Positions 1 through 11,000 of a stretch of 64,000 bases of DNA are shown in pieces. Numbering within the stretch: the stretch's first letter is position 1; every line of letters starts with the position of its first letter. Source of the stretch: Klebsormidium nitens (Eukaryota > Plantae > Klebsormidiophyceae). Below the pieces are notes generated by a model. The model was not told where the DNA came from and searched no databases. It saw nothing but the letters and a program-made list of their open reading frames with translations. Position numbers and translations under genes: made by a program. The stretch spans positions 1-64,000 of the forward strand of contig DF237410.1 in assembly GCA_000708835.1 (NCBI GenBank). Reading direction: 5' to 3'.

Positions 1-28
1 GGTCAACGAAATCCTGTCGAGAACGAGG

Positions 29-230
29 TTAGGCTTAACCAGTCGTAATCGTTACACTTGTGGTTGGTAGTACACCCGACTCGACTCACTATCGGACGGT
101 CAATATTGCGTACATTACGCACCAATAACTTGCCATCCTACGGTCGATACTCGCGCCTACCGAAGCCTCAATCAACGGCTACGAATTGTCTACGATATTA
201 GGGCGTACTTCATGCAAGTAACGCCCGAAT
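29..230. repeat. Dispersed repeat, copy A (unclassified, probably TE-derived)
   Basis: Colinear shared blocks with 3455-3700: TTGTGGTTGGTAGTA (15/15), CGACTCACTA.CGGACGGTC, CCAATAACTTGC.ATC and TC.ATCAACGGCTACGA. Confidence 0.7.
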
Positions 231-879
231 CTCAACACGTATTCAAACGGCTAACGCTCGAGTCTCAACTTTTTTACGCACTGGATATCCCATGCAATTC
301 CTATCTTGATCTTCCACTTCGGAACCTCCCCGGTGCTGGCATCTTGTTCAGAATGTCCGCCTTCATGTCCTCTGTCAGGCGGTACGCAAATCCGACATGT
401 CGCACCACCCCCTCCCGCGCACGATGATGGATCACCTCGATGTGCTACGATCGCTGCACAGCGATCCGATGCTTTTGAGCCGTATTGCTTGCTCTCTGCT
501 TGTCGCGACAAATTTGGACCGTTGCCAGATTTGGCTCCAAGTCTCCCACCAACTTGCGAAACGCAACGCCTTCTTGCTCCGCATTCGGATACTCGTTATT
601 GAAACCCTTGGTGAGGGGGTTAAGCTGTAGTTGGCTATTCGTCATTGGGTCTTATTGTGTTGTCAGCATACATGCTCATCATTTATTGACAGCAGCCGTG
701 CATCTTACGAGGAACACACGAAGCGCCTGAAAAACTTCTTTTGAGATGCTGTATTTAAAGTATCGGTATTCACCACTTTGAGTCCTACGGGGCTCTCCGT
801 CCACTGGTCTCACTAGCCTACTAGGCTGACAGGCCATAAGTCACACACCACTAGGCTGACTAGCCTGGCGCACAATCAC

Positions 880-1980
880 ACTCAACTCTAGCCTTCAATG
901 TCGTCATCTACGCCTTACGCTGATGGTGTTGCCATGCACGTCAAAAGAAACCCGGTTTCGTGTGTACTGAGCGGTAGCCATTGCTTTCGCCCACAACTCT
1001 GGCTTCAACTCAACATCCTCCTGCAAAGCCCGGGCTCCTTTCGTGAGCATCCAATTCAACCGCTATGCCAAACCGTTTTGTTTGAAAGAGTGCCCCGCCG
1101 TGGTCCGTGGAACCGTCCTCTTTTCTCGAGAAGGGGCGTCAATCCTCGTTGACGCACTTTCCGCCCTAGGTAGTCTGTTTGCATTGCTTTGACCTTCTTT
1201 CAAGATTGCAACTCCAAACGGGCAACACGCTCTCCGCGATCGCTGTGACGTCCGTTTCATTGGTTACCAACGAAAGTTGGCTATAGTCGTCGAGGAAAGT
1301 GGCCAAGTACCTACTTCCTCCTTTTAACGTCACCGGGAGGGCTCGCAAACGTCCATATGCACAAGCCCGAAGGGCTCCGTACTCTTTCTGGAGTCCGACT
1401 CCTTTAAAAACCGCTCCGGGGTTTGCTTCGCCATGATGCAAGACTCGCATACCGAGGTCTTCTCCGCTCGAAGCGCCTCGGCTTTGACCACCACACCCCG
1501 GGTCAATTGCGAGCCTTCGACCTTACTGGTCAAACTCGCATAGACGGCATGCCCAAACTCCTGGTGGCACAACACCGAGCTCTCGGCTTCCCTCACGAGC
1601 AAGCAAGTGTTCTCCTAGATTGTCTTTCCTTGGCAGATCACCGACATGCCCTCTGCGCTTTCACCCGCTCAGAGCATGACCTCTCCGTCTATGGACACTG
1701 CGCATATCTCCACATCGCACACAACCTCGGCCCCAACCGCGGTCGCTTTCTTCACCAAGAAGAGATTGTCCACCACATCCAGCACATACGCCACCTCGGG
1801 GAAAACGTTAACCTGCTCTGCCGAGGATGTCTCACACCACAACTCCATGGTGTTAATCCGGCTATCTCGAGGAACCCCTTGTTCTCAAACTTGATTGCCC
1901 GAGTTTCGGATTTAAGCATCTCCAACGTTGATAACGAGCTCTTATTCCCGTCGTGTTCTGGCTTAGCTATATACATGGCC
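880..1980 (-). mobile_element. Degenerate Ty1/copia LTR-retrotransposon pol fragment (protease end, GAG-pre-integrase, integrase core)
   Basis: Minus-strand frames read LCHQEFGH...VCESCIMAKQ (HHCC zinc finger), FGLVHMDVCEP, GGSRYLATFLDDYSQLS and QNGLA*RLNWML...ELWAKAMATAQYTRNR, all typical of copia integrase. Stops and frameshifts are present, and no RT follows downstream. Confidence 0.88.
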
Positions 1981-2289
1981 CCCTAGAGGCTGTTGCTACG
2001 TTTGCAAAGTTATCATACTTGTGCAAGGTTATTAAAGCTCTGCTTCCTCCGTCCTCTTTGCATCACCGGGCGGAAGGATTCGTAACGCCTTTCTACAACT
2101 TCTTCCGCGTGTCAAAAGAATTCGCATTATCGATTACCACACTGTATAGTCATCAATATGTAGAAACTCTGCGTTGACCCTTGACTCTTGTTGGGTTATG
2201 GGGTTCTGACGCCGGATTCTGATGGAATAAGGCGGACTTACGGGACTACTTCCACTATAGATTCTATGTTGTTAGGTTTGGGCGATACT

Positions 2290-2650
2290 GGCCTTGAGTG
2301 TACGCCCTTGTATCCTATGATAGAATCTTCTATATAATCTTGGGTTTAATGCCTGTTGAAATACGGGCATTTCAAGGACCGAATCTCTATGTGATTCTAG
2401 GATTTTCGGATCACGACGTCGACGGTAATTCGACGGTAACTAGAAGTTACGATTATACGGTCAAGTGCGGGGGTTACAGCGTTACACCCGAATGGCTTGG
2501 CGTTAACCGTCGATATTGTGTAGGTTCGATGATAGCCGTCGATGTACGATATAGAGTGAAATTCTTGGACTTCGTAGGTGACGGTCCACTGAGGCTAGAC
2601 CTAGAATTAGGCCGTGACTCGGAACACTCTATATACATTGTGTGAACTTG
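2290..2650 (+). mobile_element. Possible copia RT/RNase H junction remnant, opposite strand to the first fragment
   Basis: GFSDHDVDGNSTVTRSYDYTVKCGGYSV resembles the copia consensus GYSDADWAGD..TRRSTSGYVF..GG..VSW. It is highly diverged. Confidence 0.35.
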
Positions 2651-3454
2651 ATTGATGAATATCACTTCCGACAACGCTTTATTTCAACAATGCATAAGGT
2701 CGCCGTACAATTGTGAGTAATCACTCTAGGATGCGTGATAAGTGAGCCGTAGTGTTGAGTCCATTGTGCATGGGGTCGATTTTGCGATGTGGATTTGATG
2801 TCACGATTTGATGCGTTTTTCCGCAGACAACGTCGAACAAGGACCGTCGATTTGTCAATTGAACATCTCATGGGGTACAAGCTAAAGATGAGCTAGGCTA
2901 CTTGAACTCACGATCAGAAAACCCCACCATTTCATACTGAGAAACGCATGGTGAGAGTTGTGACGGCGCTTGTGTGCAGGGATCACCTTGAACCCCTCGT
3001 AGGTTCCAAGCATGAGCGTATGATTCTAACAACTCTTTCAGCCATCTTTTTTGCTAGTCAACACACGCTTTGTGAAATGGGCATTCTCTATGGCGAAAAA
3101 GGTTTGTGGGTTTTTTCACACGCTTCGCGAGAGGGGGTGCACTCCACTCCCCTCCACTCCACTCACTCTTTAAGCCCCCATTGGAATACATGTCACCGAC
3201 CTTGAATTGTGCGTTGCTAGTCTTTCGGATTTCCTCACTCGAGAGCGTCGTACGCCCATAACCGTTGAAAGCAAGCGCCATGCATTTTGATTCACATTTA
3301 CTATAAATGAGTATTATCACATGGCAATGTCCAAGGCAAATTTCAAATCCGATATGTATTATCAAGGCTTACAAAGTAGTCCACCTCTATCATGAAATCC
3401 TATTCAAGTGACCGGGTTATTATACGACTCACTCGGGTCACTAACCACTCGCTA

Positions 3455-3700
3455 TGTTGGCTTAATGCACCCAGATTTGTGGTTGGTAGTAGTATACCAA
3501 GGTGGTCGGCAGTATTGTACTACTATGTTGGGGCTACTACATATTAGTGGTCGGGGCTTTTTGATTACTCGAAACGACTCACTAACGGACGGTCGAAATT
3601 GCGTGTATAACTCGCCCAATAACTTGCTATCTTTTGGTCGTATTCCGCATTGGCCAAGGCTCGATCAACGGCTACGAGTCGAATAGAATATCAGAGCGTA
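3455..3700. repeat. Dispersed repeat, copy B (paralog of 29-230)
   Basis: Same ordered blocks as copy A, with an insertion of roughly 70 nt after TGGTTGGTAGTA. Confidence 0.7.
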
Positions 3701-6199
3701 ATCAGTCAGGTGACCCCCGACTTTCAAGAAACATTTGATGCAATCGGCTGCTTCCAATCAAGGATCCGGCGTTGGCCCATGTCGTTTAGCTCATCAATTC
3801 CGCGGCGGGAGTCTAAGCAAGCAAGAAAACCTCGTTTGCTTTTCCATGATGCACTTATACGGACTTGGTTCCACGTCGACGCCCCCGACGAATCGCCTTG
3901 CTCCGTTGTCGCCAAGTTCTCGTGCCCAAAGTATTGCGCTGGTCCGTGTTGCTCGGCCCGTTTTGGCTTACTCGCAAGAAACGTACGCGTCCTCCAAGGG
4001 CACGGTGCCTTCACGAACCATTTTCATAGTGGAAGTCTGATGAGCGATTGAATCGTGTAGCGTCCTTTCGACTAAAAAGGAATCCTTCAACTTGTCGAGC
4101 GACGAAAGGTCTCCCGAAATCAACTTCAAGCTTACATTTGCAGCTTTTCTTGAACACAACGATCCGACTTCGGCTGCCTACTCATCAAAATCGGCTTTGT
4201 CGCCATCTTTGACGTACATCATGTTTGCACAAGACGAGGCTTTCCCTTGTCGTACACCGCATCTCACTGTGAGCCGCTCCTCTTCACACTCGATTCTCTT
4301 TTCTTCAAATGTGGATCGGCGGCCCCCCTTAACACCTCAAGGGTGTTCGATAGGCTTTCTGTCCAAGAGATGTTGGGCGCCACCCGAAATTGACGGGGCC
4401 AATCGTTGGCACATAGAACCCATTGATCACGCTAGAGTTCCTCCCCTCTTGCTCCGATTTGAGCTCCCGCCTGTCCGGCTTGCTGCATTTTCGGACAATG
4501 TGATCGGGTTTTCGCAATCGTAGCAGCCGCCCAGGGCCCCTTCGCCCCGAATCTCATCCTTGGCCGTGGCACTTTTCTTTGTTTCCTTTTCATTGAGCTT
4601 CGTATGTACTACAATGGGAAGTACCCCACCACCGCGCTCTTTTGCAGGCCTATCAAACCCCTGCTCGTGCTTTAAGGCGAAATCACCTTACCAAGCTCAT
4701 TGCGTTATTGAAAGTCAAGCGAGAAGAGATTAATGGCGGTCACCATGAATTGAGTGTGTGACGCGGGACGCTCTGTCTAAACCTTGAGCGATACTAATTT
4801 CCTTGAACAAATGACGAAAGGGTCCTGGTGTTGACTTCGATGAACTCTACACCCCAGTGATCAAGCACAAAACGTTGCAAACGCATCTAACGATGGGCGC
4901 ATAACACGATTTGGAGGTTGGGTAGGTTTAACGCCAAAATGGGTTTCATTGACGGAATGCTAAAGGAAAGATGTGACATTTGGAAGTCGCAGGGATACAA
5001 GTAACAGGACGGGCTCAAGATGATCTGCCGCCTCAAGTGCACAGAAGTTTTGTAATGGTGCATTAGGCTCATTTGTCCTAAAATACGGAGCTCGTGAGCT
5101 TTGAGTTCATGGAAAACGCGGCACTATTATCAAACCCTTAGCTGAAGAGCAAGTCTATCTTGTGCTTGGATGGACGATTCTCCTCGTTCCAAAAAGCGGA
5201 GCGCATTGCAAAGGTAAAGGTGCACTTGACGGACTCACCCCATGTGCATCTGCAGAAAGTGAAGTACTTTCTTCTGATGAAGCGATCATGCGTGATATAC
5301 AATTATGAGCGTCCTATATTTGAACCAGAACAAACTGACAAGCGAGCTGCTCCGGCGGTATGGAGGTGGCGGACGAGCGAATGCGTGGCAATGTCCCACG
5401 TTGACGAGAGTCTAATCAAGAAGAAAAAATGAGAGCTATAATACAGAGTGGTTGTTATACAGAAGTATATGAGAAGCTTGTTGTACATAAGAGTGTGTAT
5501 GAGCCCGACTCATTGAACATGCGGTGGGCGCGCTTGCCTGCCGCATGCCAGGCGGCGCTTGATGTTATGCGCTTCCTGGCAAGGACGCAAAAGACGGGGT
5601 GAAGAGGGAGCGAAGAGACTCTCGTCTGATGATTATCGTAAGGCGTCTGAGTGAGGGGGGGCCTATTTTTGAGAAATTCATTGAGACTGAGCCCGTATTC
5701 TGACCCTTGAGTAGTTCGATCGAAATTGGGGCCTCAAACGTGTCGATCGAAATCTCAATACACAGTGAGTTTACTCAATTGGAGATCTGGAAGGTCAAAT
5801 TGGACCTAGCCATTACGGTTCGGAGTTTCCCAACTTTGGATTTGTTAAAACTCATTTAAAACGTTCCTCAGGTCCTCTTGTAGATCATACCACAAAGTCA
5901 GCTGTAAAATCGTGGCACGGCTTTTTATACGCTGAAAATCCTAGAACCCTAGTACTTTCAAGTTTGGACATACTGTCGAGTTTAGAATGGTAAGGATTAC
6001 CGTGCGAATTCGACTCTTGCAATTCCGCGTGCACAATTTTCTCGATTGCGTTGTATTAATGCGCGGATTTTTGCAGGTAACGTGGACACAAGGCAGTGCA
6101 CTACGGGCTACTTCTCGCGAAGGCGTTCAGACGGTCGAGTGAGTTGCATTCAGAAGTTGCTGCCTTGAGGGTGGAAATATATGTCTTGCACCACTTTTT

Positions 6200-6978
6200 C
6201 ACAAGCTACCTAGGGTGGGTACCGGCCGAGTCGATTTCGACTCGGTTCGCAACGGAATTGTGATACCGCGTACCAAATTTCGTTGCGGTCTTACTCGCGG
6301 TTCACGATACGACGACTCACATTTGTGTTACATGTACGCGATATGAGTACAAAGGATTTTCCGCTCCGTGAGTCAGTGTGATGAAATTGTTACTATGATA
6401 GTGTTCTATTTTACACTTTGAATGAAGCATAAAAGTAGTGCTCAAAGATGACGCTTATGCAGCATGTAGAAAACATTTGACAAGCATAAAAAATTGTTGG
6501 GCAGGCGTCGTTAATTAGGGGTCCTTCGAAGCTCCAAGTGGTTGTTTTGTTGAGAACAAATCTGAAAAATCTGCATACGAGGCGCAAGTTGGACGCCATT
6601 GTTGGGTCTTGAAATGCGCGTTCTCTTGCACTTCCCTTTCAAGTTCGTGCACTCTTAAGTTCCAGGCTAGGTACCGCGGTACTCTTGCGTGGTTCGAGTC
6701 GGAGGGCAGTTCCGACCGAGACCATAATTTGTGAATGTGAGACTCGGGTCTGGCGCAATGGTACAGTATTAGTGTCGCCGGAAAGTACAGGTCTCTCCAA
6801 TCATCGGCCCCGTGTCAGAAAATGCTCAATTCAAGTACTCGGAAAGTAAGTCGGCGTCGAGTACATTCGTCTGTACCGCAATCAAATATTTGTCGCGGCG
6901 CGTAACACCGGTGAAACAAACTTGTGGCCGAATCGTTATGCGATTGATACCCCCGATACTCACCCTAGGCAGCTTGTG
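6200..6978. mobile_element. Non-autonomous TIR element (MITE/foldback), 779 bp
   Basis: 6200-6225 CACAAGCTACCTAGGGTGGGTACCGG matches the reverse complement of 6953-6978 at 23/26, all three mismatches being transitions. Weaker inverted similarity continues inside (about 6260-6290 vs 6860-6900). TT flanks both ends. Confidence 0.6.
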
Positions 6979-8068
6979 TTAGGACCGCAGCTCGGGTGGT
7001 GAAAGCGACGTCGTGGTTATGTATTTTGAAGGAGACCTTGAGATTTGGACCCCAAAACCGTCCGCTTTAGATTTATAGCGAGAACCATTAGGCAAATACG
7101 GCTCCCGAAGCATTCAATTGCTTTATAGAGGTCAAGCTTGCCATGATTGAAGTAATTATACCCTTTGCATGCACGTTCGCAGTGAGTATGCAGATCCGAA
7201 TTGCGATCTGAGAAAGGACGAAAATAGACCATATGAAGACATCGGGACATATTGACCAATTTGGAGTTGGCACCTTGCAAAATCGTGACGGCGAGACAAG
7301 AGTCGCATATTGATCATCTTAAAAAGATTAAACACGGGCATTGGAACGTCCGCGAATCACTAGGTGACAACAAGCCTGGTTTTGAAACCGCCATCGCTCA
7401 TAATTCGACGGTAGCTGCAGTATGATACAGAAAGAACGTGTATAGTAGCATGATTTGGAGTGCATCGATCGACGCACTAAGAGTTGACAATAGACGGCTG
7501 GTTTTCCGGATGTTATCGGGTTTGCAAGAGTTTGCCTGTCATCCGACCATCTACCTTGCAAAACAAACCCCAAGGTCAGCCTCGACACATGCAAGGAACA
7601 CACGAGCAAACGAGGAACTCGACATGCAATTTTGCGAAACGGAGCAGTGAGCATTTTCATATGCACAGCTGCGGTCAGCCTCAAAAGACTGGTGCAGATT
7701 GCCAACGTCATTCAATGGTTAGGAATGTATCGAAAGGACATACCAGCTTGATGGCCAAACATTTGAATTGGCTACATCAAAAAGTCGGTCGTCGACATTA
7801 GTTTTCGGTACCTCGTCTTATTATGCATCATTTCTCTACACAATACTCGCCCATTCATGCCCAAATGTGAAGAGGTGAAAGCTCTGTACCCGGCAATTTT
7901 GGTCTACTAATGGAAGTCAACCTTTGAGAACGTCTTGCCTTCTTATAAGCCAAGAGACATTCTCCCAAACGCTACAAGGATAATCTAGGTTACTTTACAT
8001 TGAAAGCTTGGAACCCGCGAGCGCAAGAAAGGGCTATGCAATGCGTCGAGTCCTACAAATAACATATT

Positions 8069-11000
8069 TCAAACTTTGCTCTGCAGGTTGACGAGCGACC
8101 AGTAGGCGCCGCCCTCCCCCTTGGCAATCAGCTTGTCGTGGCTGCCGGCCTCCACGATCTTGCCCTCCGCCAGCACCGCAATCTGGTCTGCGTTGCGGAT
8201 GGTGGACAACCTGCACAACAACGCGCGACGCAGCTGTTTAAATAGCGCTTCGGCGCTCTCCGGCCCAACAAGCGGACGGGCAAGCTGGCAGGCGCTTGAG
8301 AAGAGGGGATGCGGGCCACAGCAGCCGGCGGCAGGTGATACTGTCGGCGTGCGCCACCTGGTGGCAGCGCGGGGCGGCGGCTCACCGGTGCGCGACCACG
8401 ACTGTGGTGCGGCGCAGCATGAGGCGGTCCAGCGCGGCCTGCACCAGCTTCTCGGACTCGCTGTCCAGCGCGGAGGTGGCCTCGTCCAGCAGCAGCTGCG
8501 CCACACAGCACGGCGAGTCAGGCGGACAGACCAGGGGCGCGCATGCGTGCATGAGCTACATCCCCAGCAGGCATAGGACTCAGCAGCGGTGAAACTAAAC
8601 AAAGGCTCCCACAAAGGTTACCACGAACGTTCCTTGGTGCGACTTGGCAAGCCCACGTGTCGGGCCTCTGCAGCGTGCATCAGATTTGCTCTGTGTGGCA
8701 GGCCGGACCAGCGGTGCCTGCCGCTGCTCGGAGGCCGTGCGCTACGCTGGAGAGCACTGCAGCAGCCGCAGGCGGCGCGACCACTTCCCAAGGCCGGGGG
8801 TGGCCAGCAGAGGAGGCCCCAGGGCGCCACTCACGATGCGCGGGTCCTTGAGCACCGCGCGGGCAATGGCGATGCGCTGCTTCTGGCCCCCCGACATCTG
8901 CACCCCGCGCTCGCCCACCTGCACATGCGCGCGCACGCAACTTAAAGTCTCGCATCTTGGAGCAAAGAGCAAATTCGGACGGCTGTTTCCAAATTTTCTT
9001 ACATTCTTGACCGCCTATCCTTAGTTGCCCCTGAATCCTTTTCGAAGTAAGGTCTGACCCCAGCCAATCACTTTTTGAGAAGGGGCGGAAACAACTTCAG
9101 AACTGAGGGGCCAAATCATCCAATGTCCGATAGACATCCCTTTGTCAATCGCAACCTTCTGGATACGGCTTGACAGCAGCCGGCCGCCCTGTCAGGCACT
9201 GGCCCCCTTCCCGCCCCCCCCCCCCCCTCTGCCGCACCTGCGTATCGTAGCCGTCGGGCAAGCCGCTGATGAAATTGTGCGCATTGGCCGCCCGTGCCGC
9301 CTCCACAATTTCCGCCTCTGAGGCGCCCTCGCGGCCGTATGCAATGTTGGCGCGGATGCTGGTCGCAAACAGCGTCGGCTCCTGCCACGGCCACCAGCAC
9401 ACAGCGCGTCAGCCACAGTGCGGGACAACAGACAGCACTCGACAGCTCCGCATGTATACGGAAGCGCAGCTGTGCATCGTGGCGCTGGCTGCCCAGCGGC
9501 CCGTATACAGGAAGCCGCGCAGCTGTGGGCGGATGCCCGTTGCCCGCGCGGGCCCACCTGCGAGACGAGGCCGATCTGGCGGCGCAGTGCGCGCAGCTGG
9601 AGGGTGCGGATGTCGTGGCCGTCGATGAGGACCGCCCCGGCCTCCGGGTCGTAGAACCTGGGGCAGGCGCGCCACACACGCGGCGCGGGTCAGCGGAGGG
9701 GGCGGTGTGGAGGGCCAGGAAGCCGGGATAGGCGACGCAGGGAACGAGGCGCGCAATTGCCCACTGTGAAATTAAGCATCTGGTATTTCATTGCGAGCTC
9801 GTCCCCTGAGCTGCATCGAGCCCTCTCAAGAGGCACGGGGGAGAGGGACGGCCGCGCACCTCTCGATGAGCGACACGATGGTGCTCTTGCCGCTGCCGCT
9901 CTGGCCCACGAGCGCCACGGTGGTGCCCGCCGGCACGCGCAGGCTGAAGTCCGCAAAGACGGTCACGTCGGGGCGGCTGGGGTAGCGGAACGTGACGTGC
10001 TTCAGCTCGATGTTGCCCGTGATGCTGTCCAGCACGCGGCCGGCGGGGTCCTCCGCGTCGATGGCGGGGCGGCGGTCCAGCAGGCCGAAGACAGACTGCA
10101 GCGCGGAGCTGCCCTTGGCCACCTCGGGGGCCAGCCTGCGCGGAACCGGCCGCGCGTCAGCACAGGGCGGGCAGCGGGGCAGACAGACGGGGAGCACCTG
10201 GAGCAGCGGCAACAAGAGGGCGAAGAGGCCCAGCAAGACGAGGCAGGAGAGGCATGTCAGCGGCCAGCACGTTCGCTCTGTAGATCCACAAGGGCCACAA
10301 GCAGGCCGGCAGCCAAAGGATAGAGCGACTTACCCGAGTGCCTCTCCGATAGCAAAGGCGCTCACAATCATGACCTGCACGGCAATAGAGGGGGAGTCAG
10401 CTTTGACACGAGCTTTGAAAAGGGCCTTTCAGCTGCCCACTTGGATGCATGGCTGTGCGTCAGACGCCCGCCAGGACCGCGCGAGGGGCCGCCGGGTCAC
10501 TGGCCTGGCCGTGGCGGGCCGGTGCTCACCATGAAGACCTTGAGTACCTGCCCGAACTCGCCGTGGCCCTGCCCCACCAGCTGGCCCGCGTACCTGCACC
10601 CAACACGGCAACACGGCAGTGTTAACACGCCATCTACGTCAGCGCCCCGCCAAGCAAGTCCAACAGAGGGAGTGCCCAGCATGACCGTAAGCAGGGGGCC
10701 ACGAAAGCGCTGCTGCCATGCGGGACTCCCGTGCGGCACTGCGGCAGCACGGCTCACCAGAGTGCCAGGCCGAAGGACGCGAAGAGCGCGAACTGGCCCG
10801 CGCCAAAGCAGCCGCCCGCGATCTGGCCGCGGCGGAAGGCGCGTTGGAGCGGCCCCGCGAGGTGCGAGTTGAAGAGGCGCAGCACCGTGTCCTCCGCGCT
10901 GAACGCCGCCACCGTGCGCATGTTGCCCACCGCCTCGCTCGCCACCTGCGAGGACTGCTCGTAATTCTTGGCGGCGTCGATGGCGAAGCCCTTGAGCATG

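Noticed and set aside
810-870. Short direct repeat ACTAGGCTGAC (two copies) beside the copia fragment, considered as a CRISPR or LTR edge
   Set aside because: Only two 11-nt copies, no spacer array and no TG...CA LTR with PBS or PPT. The context is eukaryotic.
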